The notes: generated by a model not told the origin, from the letters alone. Shown: positions 38,073-48,205, counted from the stretch's first letter. The stretch is 56,134 nt of DNA from Faecousia sp. (GCA_045632385.1 JAZQWQ010000108.1:1-56134); one strand, 5' to 3'. Numbers and translations: made by a program.

Positions 38073-38981
38073 TCAAAACATCACAATCATCAGCACTGTC
38101 ATAATCACAATACTGCATAACATCGTAATGGAATTGATTGCACTGGAAAGACCAAAGTCTTCTTTGAGTTCTGCTGTAAATGCAGGTACCGCTGCACTAA
38201 CAGGGCTAAAGGCAAGTAATACCAAAGTTTGCCGAATTTCCAATGAAAAAGGCAAAACAAAGTAAAACAAACAAGCAAACAATGTTGCGATCCCATAACG
38301 AAGCATAACCAATCGCACAATTTGCCAAACCTGTTCTTTTTTGGCTGAAAGCTTAAAGCCCACACCAATCATCAGCATTGCCATAAAGGTATTGGCGCCT
38401 TTGATGGTTTCCGCAAAGCTGATCACCATCCCGGGCAACTGAATTTTTGACAAATTCAGAATGATCATTACGACATAGCTCATAAACGGAACAGACGTTA
38501 ACAATGTCTTCCCTATCCGCTTTAGAGAAATACCGCTACCGTCTTTCACTGACGAAGCAATGCTAAAAGCGCCGCCCAGGCAAACAAAGGAATTGCCGGT
38601 ATCGAAAATACTGGTTGTAACCACTCCGGTGGGTCCCAGAAAACTTTGAATAAAAGGCATTGCAAACAAGCCAATATTATATCCCGGGAGATTTAACACT
38701 TCAAAGGCCCGTTTGTTTCGATCTGACCGCAAATTAAGCAGAAACGCAACTGCCACATAAGTCAGGCCGCAACCCAAAGCAAGCAACAGAATGCTCAACA
38801 TAGAAAAGTCTGCCGGCGATTGGGAGAAACTATACACAATAGAGGCTGGAAGCGTAATTTTCAGGGTAATTTGAGAGAGTACCCGAAAATCCTCCTCACG
38901 AAAAAAGCCTGTGCGACGCAGTACAAAGCCAAAAGCAATGATCGCAATAAAACAGGCTGCACGTGTCAAAATATCAACCAT
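38073..38981 (-). CDS. AEC (auxin efflux carrier) family transporter
   Basis: About 10 TMs, ITLPA, YNIG.F.MPF motif. Confidence 0.85.
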   Translation of the reverse strand: MVDILTRAACFIAIIAFGFVLRRTGFFREEDFRVLSQITLKITLPASIVYSFSQSPADFSMLSILLLALGCGLTYVAVAFLLNLRSDRNKRAFEVLNLPGYNIGLFAMPFIQSFLGPTGVVTTSIFDTGNSFVCLGGAFSIASSVKDGSGISLKRIGKTLLTSVPFMSYVVMIILNLSKIQLPGMVISFAETIKGANTFMAMLMIGVGFKLSAKKEQVWQIVRLVMLRYGIATLFACLFYFVLPFSLEIRQTLVLLAFSPVSAAVPAFTAELKEDFGLSSAINSITMLCSIVIMTVLMIVMF

Positions 38982-38994
38982 AATCGATCACGAA

Positions 38995-39525
38995 TCAATA
39001 AATCAAACGAATTTCGATAGATACGATCACATCATCTTCTGCGATCACATACAGTTCTGTGTTGCCACGGGTGAAGACCCAAGCCGCATCATCTTCTTTG
39101 CAATCGCCGTAAAGTTCCTTTGCTTTGGACAGCTCATCACCATTGGCCAAACCCTCCGGTGTAGACACATCCGGTTCCACAAAGAAAATGGAATACACCA
39201 ATTCCTTCTCACCGTCGTTAAACGCAGTAATTTCATAGCTACCGTAGCTATAAACATTGTCTGTGCCCTCAAAAGCACAGCTGGGAACCTGATAAACGCT
39301 TTCTGCAGGCAACATATCCGCATCAAAGATCATACCGGGAATGACCATCACATCTCCCGCCATAAAATAGAAACCTTCTGTTCCTTCCTGCTTTTGTTCG
39401 GTAGTCTGGGTAGTGTTTTGTTCACCGCCAACTGTAAACGCTACATCACCACTGCCCTGTGCGTTTCCACAAGCAGTCAGGCCAAGCATCGCAAATACAA
39501 GCATGAAAATCAATATCTTTTTCAT
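38995..39525 (-). CDS. Hypothetical acidic lipoprotein
   Basis: MKKILIFMLVFAMLGLTA-C lipobox; PSCAFEG and TPEGL..GD segments. Confidence 0.8.
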   Translation of the reverse strand: MKKILIFMLVFAMLGLTACGNAQGSGDVAFTVGGEQNTTQTTEQKQEGTEGFYFMAGDVMVIPGMIFDADMLPAESVYQVPSCAFEGTDNVYSYGSYEITAFNDGEKELVYSIFFVEPDVSTPEGLANGDELSKAKELYGDCKEDDAAWVFTRGNTELYVIAEDDVIVSIEIRLIY

Positions 39526-39537
39526 TGTTATCCTCCC

Positions 39538-40545
39538 CTAGTTTGTTGCTTTATCGTATTCTTCCAATAATGTATCAAATTTGGAGTTTTCACCCCGGTG
39601 GTCTGCCAGCTGATGCTGATCAGCAAGCACATCCGCAAAATAACGAGAAAGCTTTTTCGCACCTGCAAAATTCAGGTGCAATCCTCCATCATATGTGTCC
39701 GTTTCATAATCAATACCAATGGTTTCAGCAACATCCAAGAAATTATAAAAGGCCAGACCGTTCTTCTTGGCATAGTCATTGATCTGCAACTGATATTCGT
39801 CATACCAATAAGGATACACGCTGGGAGCCTTGACCAAAATCAGTTCCGTGCCGTTTTCTTCACATAACAGTCGTATTCGGTCCAGATATTCCCAACAGAT
39901 ATCCGAAAAATCATATTTTTTCAGTGGACGTTTCGCCGGAAGCTTACCTACAGGTTTTACACCCTCATTAACCAGGTGTCCCTGCCAGGTATTCTGCTTT
40001 TCCTGAAACAAATAGGAAAAGTCTTCTGCTGTCAGCTGGCTGAAGCGGGAATGGTAACGTAAGATTGGAAATACGTAGGAAATGAAGTTTTCTTCCTCGG
40101 TCATAGAAGCCTTAATGATTTCTACTTTTTCCTCAGACCAACGCATTTTATCGATCATCAGTCGGTTATACGCTTCGCTCACAGGCGCATCATACCGCAT
40201 AGCGTTGACATTGAACACCACGGCTTTGGGCGTTTCATAACGGAAGGTTTCTTTCAGCAGATAGTAAGATTGCCAAATCAGCTGCTGCGAATTGCCACGC
40301 ACATAAGCGGTGATACCAGCCTGACGATACAGTTCCATAGGAATAAAGTTAGCATACACTTCACAATCGCCAATGAAAATTACATCATGTCCGCCGGCTT
40401 CCTGATAGTACTGGCTTGTCATACTGCCCTCAACCAGGTCTGTCATATACTTCGGCTGCAGTAAGATTGTCAAAAAAGATACAATCAGGCAAAAAACAAC
40501 CAATACCACAGCTACAGAGAGGATGTTTTTTATCTTTCTATTCAT
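39538..40545 (-). CDS. SGNH-like (AlgJ/DltD-type) membrane-anchored protein with GDC block-I motif
   Basis: N-terminal TM, VIFIGDCE block I, DGGLHLN..GA block V; adjacent to MBOAT. Confidence 0.8.
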   Translation of the reverse strand: MNRKIKNILSVAVVLVVFCLIVSFLTILLQPKYMTDLVEGSMTSQYYQEAGGHDVIFIGDCEVYANFIPMELYRQAGITAYVRGNSQQLIWQSYYLLKETFRYETPKAVVFNVNAMRYDAPVSEAYNRLMIDKMRWSEEKVEIIKASMTEEENFISYVFPILRYHSRFSQLTAEDFSYLFQEKQNTWQGHLVNEGVKPVGKLPAKRPLKKYDFSDICWEYLDRIRLLCEENGTELILVKAPSVYPYWYDEYQLQINDYAKKNGLAFYNFLDVAETIGIDYETDTYDGGLHLNFAGAKKLSRYFADVLADQHQLADHRGENSKFDTLLEEYDKATN

Positions 40546-40554
40546 ACTCCCCTC

Positions 40555-41814
40555 CTAAAATCTGCTGTAAATAAATTCTTCAGCCTCAAAGCCAATACCG
40601 TACATACCCAAAACCAGCACAACAAGGCCAAGTACACAAATCATTATCACACGCACAAAGGGCGCAGCCATTTGGAATTTGTTCTGCAAATACGTGCGCT
40701 TCCAGTCATACAGCCACAAAACAGCGCCGCCAAGAAGCATCACAAGCCAATCTACAAGACCTAATCCCAATGCGCCGATGCCGGAAATCATTTGGGGATA
40801 ATTAAACACTGTAAATACAGAAGCAAAACTTTTCAAGGCTGTCATTGTGTCCGGCCAAACAAAGAAGCACCATAAAAAGCTAATTATCAGGAATGTACCC
40901 AAACGATTGATCCATTTTACAGGAGTCTGCAAGCGCTTCCCAACGATCACAAACAAGCCATTAAACAAGCCCCAAAGCAGATAATGTACACCGTGCCACA
41001 ATCCGGATACCAAGAAGGTAGCCACCATATTCAGGCCCTTGCGGAACGCACCCTTCCGGTTTCCACCAAGGGGAATATACACATAGTTGCGCAACCATGC
41101 GCCCAATGTGATATGCCATCTTTTCCAAAACTCTTGTACAGATTCTGAGAAATAGGGTCTGTCAAAATTTTCACTGAGGGATAATCCCAGCATCTGCGAC
41201 ACACCCAAAACAGCGTCCACACCGCCAGAAAAGTCCGCATAAAGCTGTAAAGAATACAAAAGCATTGCCAGCAGCGCATAGCCGCCCTGTAGCTTGTCCG
41301 GTGCTGTTGATATGCTGGAAATGATCACACCAGCTCTGGCAGCAATCACAAGTTTCTTAAACAGACCCCATAGCACCCGAGCGCAACCGGCACTAAAGCT
41401 GTCCCAAGTAATCTTCCGCTGAGAAAGTGCTGTCTGCATTATAGGATAGCTTTCAATCGGGCCAACGAACAAATGGGGCAAATACGTCACAAATAAGCCA
41501 TAACGAATGGGATTCACTTCCGGCTCAATCTTCCCGCGGTAGATATCTACCAAATAAGAAATAATCTGAAGAGAGAAATAGGAAACACCCATAGGCGCAA
41601 GCAAATTAGTGCCGGTGATGGGCTGCAACTTCAGCAGAACCAGCAAAATAGCCTGCAGGACAACACCTACCCACATTAGCCATTTGCATTTGGGTATACA
41701 CCGTCCTAATATGTAGGAAATGCCGGTAGCTGCCAAAAGCCATATGAGCCCCAGATAGCCATAGCCGGCATAGACCACAAGTCCTGCCAAAAGGATTAAA
41801 ACGTTCAGTATCAT
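40555..41814 (-). CDS. MBOAT family O-acyltransferase (AlgI/DltB-like)
   Basis: PMGVSYFS.Q..SY..D, LYADFSG, NFDRPY, FWKRWHITL...R.YVYIPLGG and SGLWHG. Confidence 0.94.
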   Translation of the reverse strand: MILNVLILLAGLVVYAGYGYLGLIWLLAATGISYILGRCIPKCKWLMWVGVVLQAILLVLLKLQPITGTNLLAPMGVSYFSLQIISYLVDIYRGKIEPEVNPIRYGLFVTYLPHLFVGPIESYPIMQTALSQRKITWDSFSAGCARVLWGLFKKLVIAARAGVIISSISTAPDKLQGGYALLAMLLYSLQLYADFSGGVDAVLGVSQMLGLSLSENFDRPYFSESVQEFWKRWHITLGAWLRNYVYIPLGGNRKGAFRKGLNMVATFLVSGLWHGVHYLLWGLFNGLFVIVGKRLQTPVKWINRLGTFLIISFLWCFFVWPDTMTALKSFASVFTVFNYPQMISGIGALGLGLVDWLVMLLGGAVLWLYDWKRTYLQNKFQMAAPFVRVIMICVLGLVVLVLGMYGIGFEAEEFIYSRF

Positions 41815-41817
41815 AGT

Positions 41818-43398
41818 TTAATTACAGACGGGCCATTTACTTCTGTCCCAATCTCGTCCTTGCAAATTTTGATAACGTTGCGTATCATTCATCAGATATG
41901 AAGGATGCTTTGAGCCTGGTGTCGGGTCAATATGCTTCCAACCACCACCTACCCGTACCAGCAGCCAATAATGAGATTTATCGGTCACCCAAATCAGCTT
42001 ACAGGAAATGCCTTTTTCCCGGTACAATGCGCGCAAAATTAGTGCATGCACATAGCAGTTACCCTTTTTATTCTTCAGTCCATACCAAATGGGATCGTCG
42101 CCACCCCAGCTATGGTTATACTTAATATTGTGTCGCACGTACAGTGCCAGCTCCACTGGGTCGTTGCCCAGCTTTGCAGCCAGTTTTTTCACCAGTTCCC
42201 TGGTATCATCTGCATTGTGCGCAACGATAACCTTCCGTTTTGCAGTACGTACATTTCCTGACTTATCCTTTGCAGTATATACTGCGTAATAAGTACCTGC
42301 CTTATCGAGGTTTACCTTATCGGTATTTACTGTAACCTTACAAATACCATCCCGATCATCCTCAGCAGTAACACCTTTCATAAAGTCAGGCTTACTGTTA
42401 CGCTTAACATTCATAGTTTTTAGGCCTTTGATGGTAGGTGGTATATTATTTTTTATGATCTTTAAGGTTGCGTCAGCTCTGGTCGTATTTCCATAGATAT
42501 CTTCTGCCTCAACCGTGACTGTTTGTGTCCCTGCTGTGCCAAATTTCAACTTTGTAATCAGACGAGTCTTCACCTCGCCGGAAATATCCTCGGCAGATTT
42601 TACAAACCTTTGCAGGTTGGTTTTCTGATCCTCATAGATCGTAATATCCCTCAGTTTCAGAATCGGACCGGTTGTATCCTGCACAGTCACAATGCAGGAT
42701 GCAGGTCTGTCCGCATTTAAGCTTTTGAGCGTATATGTACCGATACCGGAAGCATTAATTGTATCGATTTCCTCCTGGGAAATATATACACCATCCTGTT
42801 CCGCATCAAAAAGAATATCTTCCTTCTTCAGGGTTGCTCCCAATTCCAGTGCAATTTGGTCTCTTAGCCACACAAAGCTTATGATGCTCTTCCCTACGGT
42901 TTTATTACCGTAGGCATCCTCAACCACAATCTGTAGTGTCACATCGGAATAATCCTTGCTTAACAAAGGTTTTTCTGCAAAATAAGCTTTCGTTCCCGAA
43001 AGATCAGTAACACTCAAAACAAAGTCCTCTACCTTTGGCTCGTAATTGATGAACTCAGTCCGTTTTTCTTCAAAAACCGCCTCAGGTGGTGTAGTGTCCA
43101 CAACCGTGAGTGTCACCAACTCCACTTTGCCCAAGTGGGATAGTGCAAATTCTTGCGTACCAACTTTTCCAACGTCAATATTCGGTGTATTTCCGGGAAA
43201 ACGCACTTGTGAGGCAATTGCATATTTGGTCATAAACTGCGACAAAGAAACACTGCTTGTACCTAATTCCACCGTTACGTTCTGAAATTTAGGGACGTTG
43301 TAATACCAGAGTCCTACTGCAGTCAGGCTTCCCAAAACCACAAACGCAGCAGCCAAAATAATGCAAATAATTCCTTTTTTTGTCTTAAAAAACGCCAT
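41818..43398 (-). CDS. Membrane-anchored Ig-like-repeat protein with C-terminal transglutaminase-like domain
   Basis: N-terminal TM, repeated V.DTT.P / D..GN beta-sandwich units, GNCY...HYWLLV...HIDPTP Cys-His-Asp triad. Confidence 0.82.
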   Translation of the reverse strand: MAFFKTKKGIICIILAAAFVVLGSLTAVGLWYYNVPKFQNVTVELGTSSVSLSQFMTKYAIASQVRFPGNTPNIDVGKVGTQEFALSHLGKVELVTLTVVDTTPPEAVFEEKRTEFINYEPKVEDFVLSVTDLSGTKAYFAEKPLLSKDYSDVTLQIVVEDAYGNKTVGKSIISFVWLRDQIALELGATLKKEDILFDAEQDGVYISQEEIDTINASGIGTYTLKSLNADRPASCIVTVQDTTGPILKLRDITIYEDQKTNLQRFVKSAEDISGEVKTRLITKLKFGTAGTQTVTVEAEDIYGNTTRADATLKIIKNNIPPTIKGLKTMNVKRNSKPDFMKGVTAEDDRDGICKVTVNTDKVNLDKAGTYYAVYTAKDKSGNVRTAKRKVIVAHNADDTRELVKKLAAKLGNDPVELALYVRHNIKYNHSWGGDDPIWYGLKNKKGNCYVHALILRALYREKGISCKLIWVTDKSHYWLLVRVGGGWKHIDPTPGSKHPSYLMNDTQRYQNLQGRDWDRSKWPVCN

Positions 43399-43416
43399 AA
43401 ACGTTCTCTACTTTCT

Positions 43417-45459
43417 TTATTTCATCAAATATCCTTGGTGATCAAACCGATATGTAACACCATCTATTTCAACTTCCTTATTTTTATAGTACGATCCATC
43501 GGTTTTCCGATAACGAATACCGTTATCATCCACCATCCAGCATTTCGCACTAACACCCCTTTTCAGCGGCTTTACAGGAAGATTGTTTCTGGATTCGTTG
43601 TCGTTAAAATGCCACCACTCAGATACCAAGGTGCCAAAGCCCGCTTTTTTCATAATGGAAGAAAGCGTGTTGGCTGCGCTGTTGTTATAGTCTCTGGCAG
43701 AATAGTGGCTCAAATCATGCATAGATGTTTGCATTTCCACTTCCTTGCCGTTGCTAAGTTTCTCAAGGGTCAAGTCAATAGCAATACCATAATTATGACG
43801 GGATGTTCCGTTGGCAACGAAATAATTGAGCTTATATGGCGGAACAATCATAACCTCGCGGTATGTCAGAGGGATTTCAACTTCCAAGCCTGTTACCGGG
43901 TCGATCATTTTTTTTGTTTCAGGCAGGTTTAATTCCTCTCTTGTTTTTTTGTCCGTAAAGGGGTTCTCAGGAAGCGGAGTATCCAGGATACTTTCTGTCA
44001 ATTTATAAATTTCCTGTGTGGCTTCCTGAGGCCGGAATGCATCATAAATTTTCAGACGATACCCTTTCTCAATTGCAATTCTTGCGGCTTCTGCCAGCCG
44101 TTTCGCTGTAGGATACAGCTGGGGTACTAAGAACGTATCATCCGACAGTTGCACATTCTCATATCCGGCAGTAATCACATTGGATACATCCGGAATTTCG
44201 AACTCGTGCATCAGATAGATAGAGGCATAACTGTTGGTAATATTATAGCTGCACATATCTGCCAAATATTCCGTCAGGTTAATAAAGCAAAGATTGCTGT
44301 CCACGTAGGCTGTCTGGCCCTGATAATAGATACCGAACATTCCCTCGGTTTCCTCAACCACACACCAAGCAGAACCTGCTTTGATTTTGCCAAGTTCTTC
44401 GGTCTTTTCAGCAGTTTTATACACAGGAAGTTCCTGGTTTGCCCAAATTGTGCAGTATATAGGCGATTCTTTTGTGATTTGCTCCATCTGGGGAGAGATT
44501 GCAGCATACTCACTACCTTCCATTACCTGTCCACCAACAGCAACAACACGATAACGGTAAGTCTTATTAACAGCCATATGGGGGCTTGTATAGCTGCGTT
44601 GGCCATCCCAGTTTACTTCAGACAGGGTAATCCACTCATCTTCATCACTGTCCCAACGCTGCACCTGGTACTTTTCACCCTTGGTTTCATCCCAGGTGAT
44701 CGTGCAAACATTGTAACCGTTGTCTGTAAAAACAGGGTTCAAATCACGGCCCAAAAAGTCGTCACGCTCAACATGAAGGTCTTCAAAACTCTGACCCCAG
44801 AAAATCAGATTTTCTTCCTGACGATAGGCAACAGCGCGAAACTGCACTTTCTGCCCAACAGGGGGAACCGTAATAATACTTCCTGCGCCAAATTGTACAA
44901 TCACAGAAGCGCCCTGAGAATCCTGAACAACAACCCATTCATTGTCCAGATTTGCATATAACTTACACCGGGCATCCGGTTTTTTCTGATAGGAAAGCTT
45001 GGCAGATTTTGAATCTGCATCCACGCTCCACTGCACCTGCTCCAAATCAGGAAGCTCCCAACGTGTTGTCGCTTCCAAGGGAACATCGCACAAGCGCTCC
45101 ATATCCAACCAGAGCATTTTATAGGATCTCGCTGAATAAATACTAAAAGAAACCGATGTTCCTGCCGGAACCTCCGGGAGAGGACAAACACAATCGGTAT
45201 AATATTCTTCCAGATAAATTTTTTGCGTATCTGCAGCATCCACCACTTTGACAAGATAGCGCTCACTGTTTTCAGCTGCTGTCCAACTTAATTTTACAGA
45301 ACCATCTGCCTGTTTTTCAATCTGCATAGGCTCATTGGACATAACACTTGCTGCATTATGATACGGAAGCCACAAAAACACGACACAAAAAGCCGCTAAT
45401 AGCAGCACAATACCACTTACAATCCACGGCCAAACGCATTTCCGTTTCACACCGATCAC
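43417..45459 (-). CDS. Membrane-anchored M15D (VanX/DdpX-like) D-Ala-D-Ala peptidase with FN3-like domains and C-terminal cell-wall-binding-like repeat
   Basis: YDAFRP, SRHNYGIAIDLT and EWWHF; LSW/ITW..YRYRVVA FN3-like segments; EIDGVTYRFDHQG tail. Confidence 0.82.
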   Translation of the reverse strand: MIGVKRKCVWPWIVSGIVLLLAAFCVVFLWLPYHNAASVMSNEPMQIEKQADGSVKLSWTAAENSERYLVKVVDAADTQKIYLEEYYTDCVCPLPEVPAGTSVSFSIYSARSYKMLWLDMERLCDVPLEATTRWELPDLEQVQWSVDADSKSAKLSYQKKPDARCKLYANLDNEWVVVQDSQGASVIVQFGAGSIITVPPVGQKVQFRAVAYRQEENLIFWGQSFEDLHVERDDFLGRDLNPVFTDNGYNVCTITWDETKGEKYQVQRWDSDEDEWITLSEVNWDGQRSYTSPHMAVNKTYRYRVVAVGGQVMEGSEYAAISPQMEQITKESPIYCTIWANQELPVYKTAEKTEELGKIKAGSAWCVVEETEGMFGIYYQGQTAYVDSNLCFINLTEYLADMCSYNITNSYASIYLMHEFEIPDVSNVITAGYENVQLSDDTFLVPQLYPTAKRLAEAARIAIEKGYRLKIYDAFRPQEATQEIYKLTESILDTPLPENPFTDKKTREELNLPETKKMIDPVTGLEVEIPLTYREVMIVPPYKLNYFVANGTSRHNYGIAIDLTLEKLSNGKEVEMQTSMHDLSHYSARDYNNSAANTLSSIMKKAGFGTLVSEWWHFNDNESRNNLPVKPLKRGVSAKCWMVDDNGIRYRKTDGSYYKNKEVEIDGVTYRFDHQGYLMK

Positions 45460-45491
45460 TCCCCATTGTAATATAATGTCATATCTTATGC

Positions 45492-45520
45492 ATTATACTA
45501 CAAATAGCGGAAATACGCAA
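45492..45520 (-). promoter_or_regulatory. Sigma-A-like promoter for the envelope operon
   Basis: Minus strand TTGCGT-17bp-TATAAT. Confidence 0.6.
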
Positions 45521-45544
45521 GATAAACCTAAGAAAAATCAAGCA

Positions 45545-45586
45545 AAAATAGAAAGATCTCCCGGCCAGAATTCTGACCGGGAGATC
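45545..45586 (-). terminator. Terminator after zinc dehydrogenase
   Basis: gatctcccggccag / ctgaccgggagatc stem with T-rich tail on minus strand. Confidence 0.78.
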
Positions 45587-45599
45587 CATTATCATAATA

Positions 45600-46859
45600 T
45601 CAGATTGCCTTTGCATTTGCCAGCAGATATTTTTCTGCTTCAGGGTTCCACAGACCGTTATTAGCCTTGCACAAACGATCCAGTTCCGCAAACATAGGAT
45701 CGGTCTTGCCCAGCTCCTCAAAGTCAGCGATAGCAGCCAAGGGCAGATCAATGTGGTTGTAGATCAACTTCTTGCCGCCAGGGATGGAGGGCAGGTTCAA
45801 AGTGGTGTCGATAACAGCATTCAAACCACCGATGTGGGTGACCAATGCAGAAGGATTCAGCTTGCCTGCATTCATCATAGCGATAGCTTCCTGCATATCG
45901 TCGGTGTTACCGCCGGAAGTACCAACCACGTGGGTGTACAGGTAGTGAACATTGTACCAGTTGAACAGAGCCTTGAACTGGTTGTCGGTAGGACCGGCAA
46001 AGAAGTTCAAGCAGCCATCGAAGCCCAAAATATCGCCAGCCTGCTCAACCAAGGGTCTTACAGGAGCAAAGCAAACAACATCATCGTAACCGGTGCCGCC
46101 GGTAAGCTCACGCAGGTACTCGGTAGCATTTTCCATACGGGTGTTGACATAGTGCAGTTCAATACCGTTCTTCTTCGCCTCTTCTACTGTGTAGATAGAA
46201 GCAGCACGCTCCAGACGAGCATCATCAATGTCAGTAACCACCAACAAAGAGGGACGACGGTCGCAGTGAATTGCGTAGTCGATAGCAGCCAGACCCATAG
46301 GACCAACAGACGCCAGCAGTGCCATCTTACCGCCTTCCTTAATGCCCATTTCGTGGACATAGGAACCGGCCTTGGTGTGGTACATAGCGTGGAAAGTACC
46401 GATAACGCAGCTCAAAGGCTCAGCCAAAGAGCCGAAATAATAGGTATCAGAGTTGTAAGGCAGCAGGCAGTTCATCAGCAGAGTTTCAATAGGAACATTG
46501 CCGTACTGTGCATCGCCGCCACAGTAGCTGTAGGAGTAGCCAGGAGCTTCCTGAGAGCCCTTGTAGTAGTGTGCAGGCTGGATAACGAACTTATCACCAA
46601 CCTTGTACTTATGCTTCCAGTTTTCACCGACTTCTACGATATCGCCGCAGAACTCATGACCCACGATGGTGGGGTTCTCTGCACAGTTGTCAGGGACGCG
46701 CTTATGATCGCCGCCCTCCTGTGCTGCCTTGTAGCTGGACATACACAGGCTGTCGGATACCACACGAATCCGAACACCGTCTGCGCCGATTTCAGGCAGT
46801 TGGACTTCGTCCAGACGCAGGTCATTCTTGCCATAAATTCTAACTGCTTTTGTAATCAT
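45600..46859 (-). CDS. Zinc-binding dehydrogenase, L-sorbose-1-phosphate reductase-like
   Basis: SDSLCMSSYKA, GHE, LAEPLSC, GPMGL, NFFAG, GTSGG and PGGKK motifs of SorE-like MDRs. Confidence 0.85.
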   Translation of the reverse strand: MITKAVRIYGKNDLRLDEVQLPEIGADGVRIRVVSDSLCMSSYKAAQEGGDHKRVPDNCAENPTIVGHEFCGDIVEVGENWKHKYKVGDKFVIQPAHYYKGSQEAPGYSYSYCGGDAQYGNVPIETLLMNCLLPYNSDTYYFGSLAEPLSCVIGTFHAMYHTKAGSYVHEMGIKEGGKMALLASVGPMGLAAIDYAIHCDRRPSLLVVTDIDDARLERAASIYTVEEAKKNGIELHYVNTRMENATEYLRELTGGTGYDDVVCFAPVRPLVEQAGDILGFDGCLNFFAGPTDNQFKALFNWYNVHYLYTHVVGTSGGNTDDMQEAIAMMNAGKLNPSALVTHIGGLNAVIDTTLNLPSIPGGKKLIYNHIDLPLAAIADFEELGKTDPMFAELDRLCKANNGLWNPEAEKYLLANAKAI

Positions 46860-46875
46860 AATTTATATCCTCCAT

Positions 46876-48027
46876 TTAGTTATTTTCGTGTTCAATGAGC
46901 TTCCAGGTTGCATCGATCAAGTTCTTAAACATTGGGTTTTCCATAGCCTTGATCACAAAGCTCTGCCGGGGAGAGTTGATGTCCTCACCGGAGATCTGGA
47001 ACATACCGTACCGGTCGCACAAACCGCGAAGCCGTTCCAGCTGCTGGGGGGTATTCCGGGTGGGCATATAAGTGACAGATTTGACGCCCTCTTCTTTCAG
47101 GCACTCAAATACATCATCCAGGTAATCATCCTCAAACTTCTGCGCCTTCTTATCACCGGTCACGCTGTCACCAACGTCGCCCAGGTAAGCATAGCACAGG
47201 TATGCGTCTATATCCTTGCATAGTTTGACCATATCTGCAAGCTTGGGACACTCATCGGTAGCATCAATGAACACCTGGGGAACAAATGCGCTCTTAAGGA
47301 TACCTAACAAATCGTACTCATAGAAGGGGTATTCCTTGTCCAGCATCTGCGCCTCTTGCTTGCCGGAAAGGGTCAGTCCCATAGAGGCCAGCTTCTGAAC
47401 CATTGCTTCGCCCTTGCCAACTTCCTGCACCAGCTTAATGGCCAAAGCATACATCAGGTGGCGCTCGGTAACGCCGCCGTTTTCGTGGGCCATAGAAAGG
47501 GGCAGAACATCCTTATCGTAATCCAGATCCAGCTGAAGAAGCGTGTTGATTTTCTCAAGCATCTTGCGGTTACGGTTATGGCGGGCGGCCTGGTAAGGCT
47601 TGAAGAATTCTGTCAGAACATCAATCTTATCATGGGGAACACCCTGGATGGTCATATAGCTGACACCGACCTGATCCGGGTTGTTGGTACGACGGCCATC
47701 CAAACGAGTACCTGCCATGGACACACGAGCTTCCATACCAATGGTCACAGGCATATCCACTATTTTTGCCGCTTCCAAAAATTCAACTGCGCCGGAAATC
47801 GAATCGTGGTCGATAATACCGGCGGTACAAAGTCCCTCCATCCGTGCAGCATATACGGCAGCAGTGGGAGAATAGGGAGAGAAGGAATATGTGGTGTGAA
47901 TATGGTTGTTGATGTACTGGGGCACCATAGGCGGAAATACCGTTTCCGCACAAACCTGCTTCAGGTTTTCAAGGCGCTCTGCCTTCGTGGGTACATTGAG
48001 TTTGTTAAGAATAGCAATATCTATCAT
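46876..48027 (-). CDS. PHP domain-containing protein
   Basis: NNHIHTTYSFSPYSP, DHDS..G, GME and SGEDIN; AAAGGAG RBS before ATG 48027. Confidence 0.85.
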   Translation of the reverse strand: MIDIAILNKLNVPTKAERLENLKQVCAETVFPPMVPQYINNHIHTTYSFSPYSPTAAVYAARMEGLCTAGIIDHDSISGAVEFLEAAKIVDMPVTIGMEARVSMAGTRLDGRRTNNPDQVGVSYMTIQGVPHDKIDVLTEFFKPYQAARHNRNRKMLEKINTLLQLDLDYDKDVLPLSMAHENGGVTERHLMYALAIKLVQEVGKGEAMVQKLASMGLTLSGKQEAQMLDKEYPFYEYDLLGILKSAFVPQVFIDATDECPKLADMVKLCKDIDAYLCYAYLGDVGDSVTGDKKAQKFEDDYLDDVFECLKEEGVKSVTYMPTRNTPQQLERLRGLCDRYGMFQISGEDINSPRQSFVIKAMENPMFKNLIDATWKLIEHENN

Positions 48028-48062
48028 ATAGCTTGCTCCTTTACCCATAGTTTTACGCTTAT

Positions 48063-48170
48063 AGTATACTCCGTACCCCCCTTTTCTGTCAAGAAATATC
48101 ACCGAGATTTACAGAAAAGTCTGTGCTTTTTTTGTTACGTCTTGAAATGACTTCTGTTAATTGATATAAT
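48063..48170. promoter_or_regulatory. Divergent sigma-A promoters (PHP operon / G1P dehydrogenase)
   Basis: Minus: TTGACA-18bp-TATACT (48063-48092). Plus: TTGAAA-17bp-TATAAT with TG (48142-48170). Confidence 0.7.
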
Positions 48171-48205
48171 GGCACAAAATATATTAGGTACTTGAGGAAA
48201 GCAGT

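Noticed and set aside
43417-45459. Acquired vancomycin-resistance cluster
   Set aside because: No vanA/B ligase, vanH or vanRS, and no mobility genes in the window.
45753-48150. Antisense ORFs of 381 aa and 264 aa opposite the dehydrogenase and PHP genes
   Set aside because: Fully overlap well-supported genes; typical reverse-frame artefacts.
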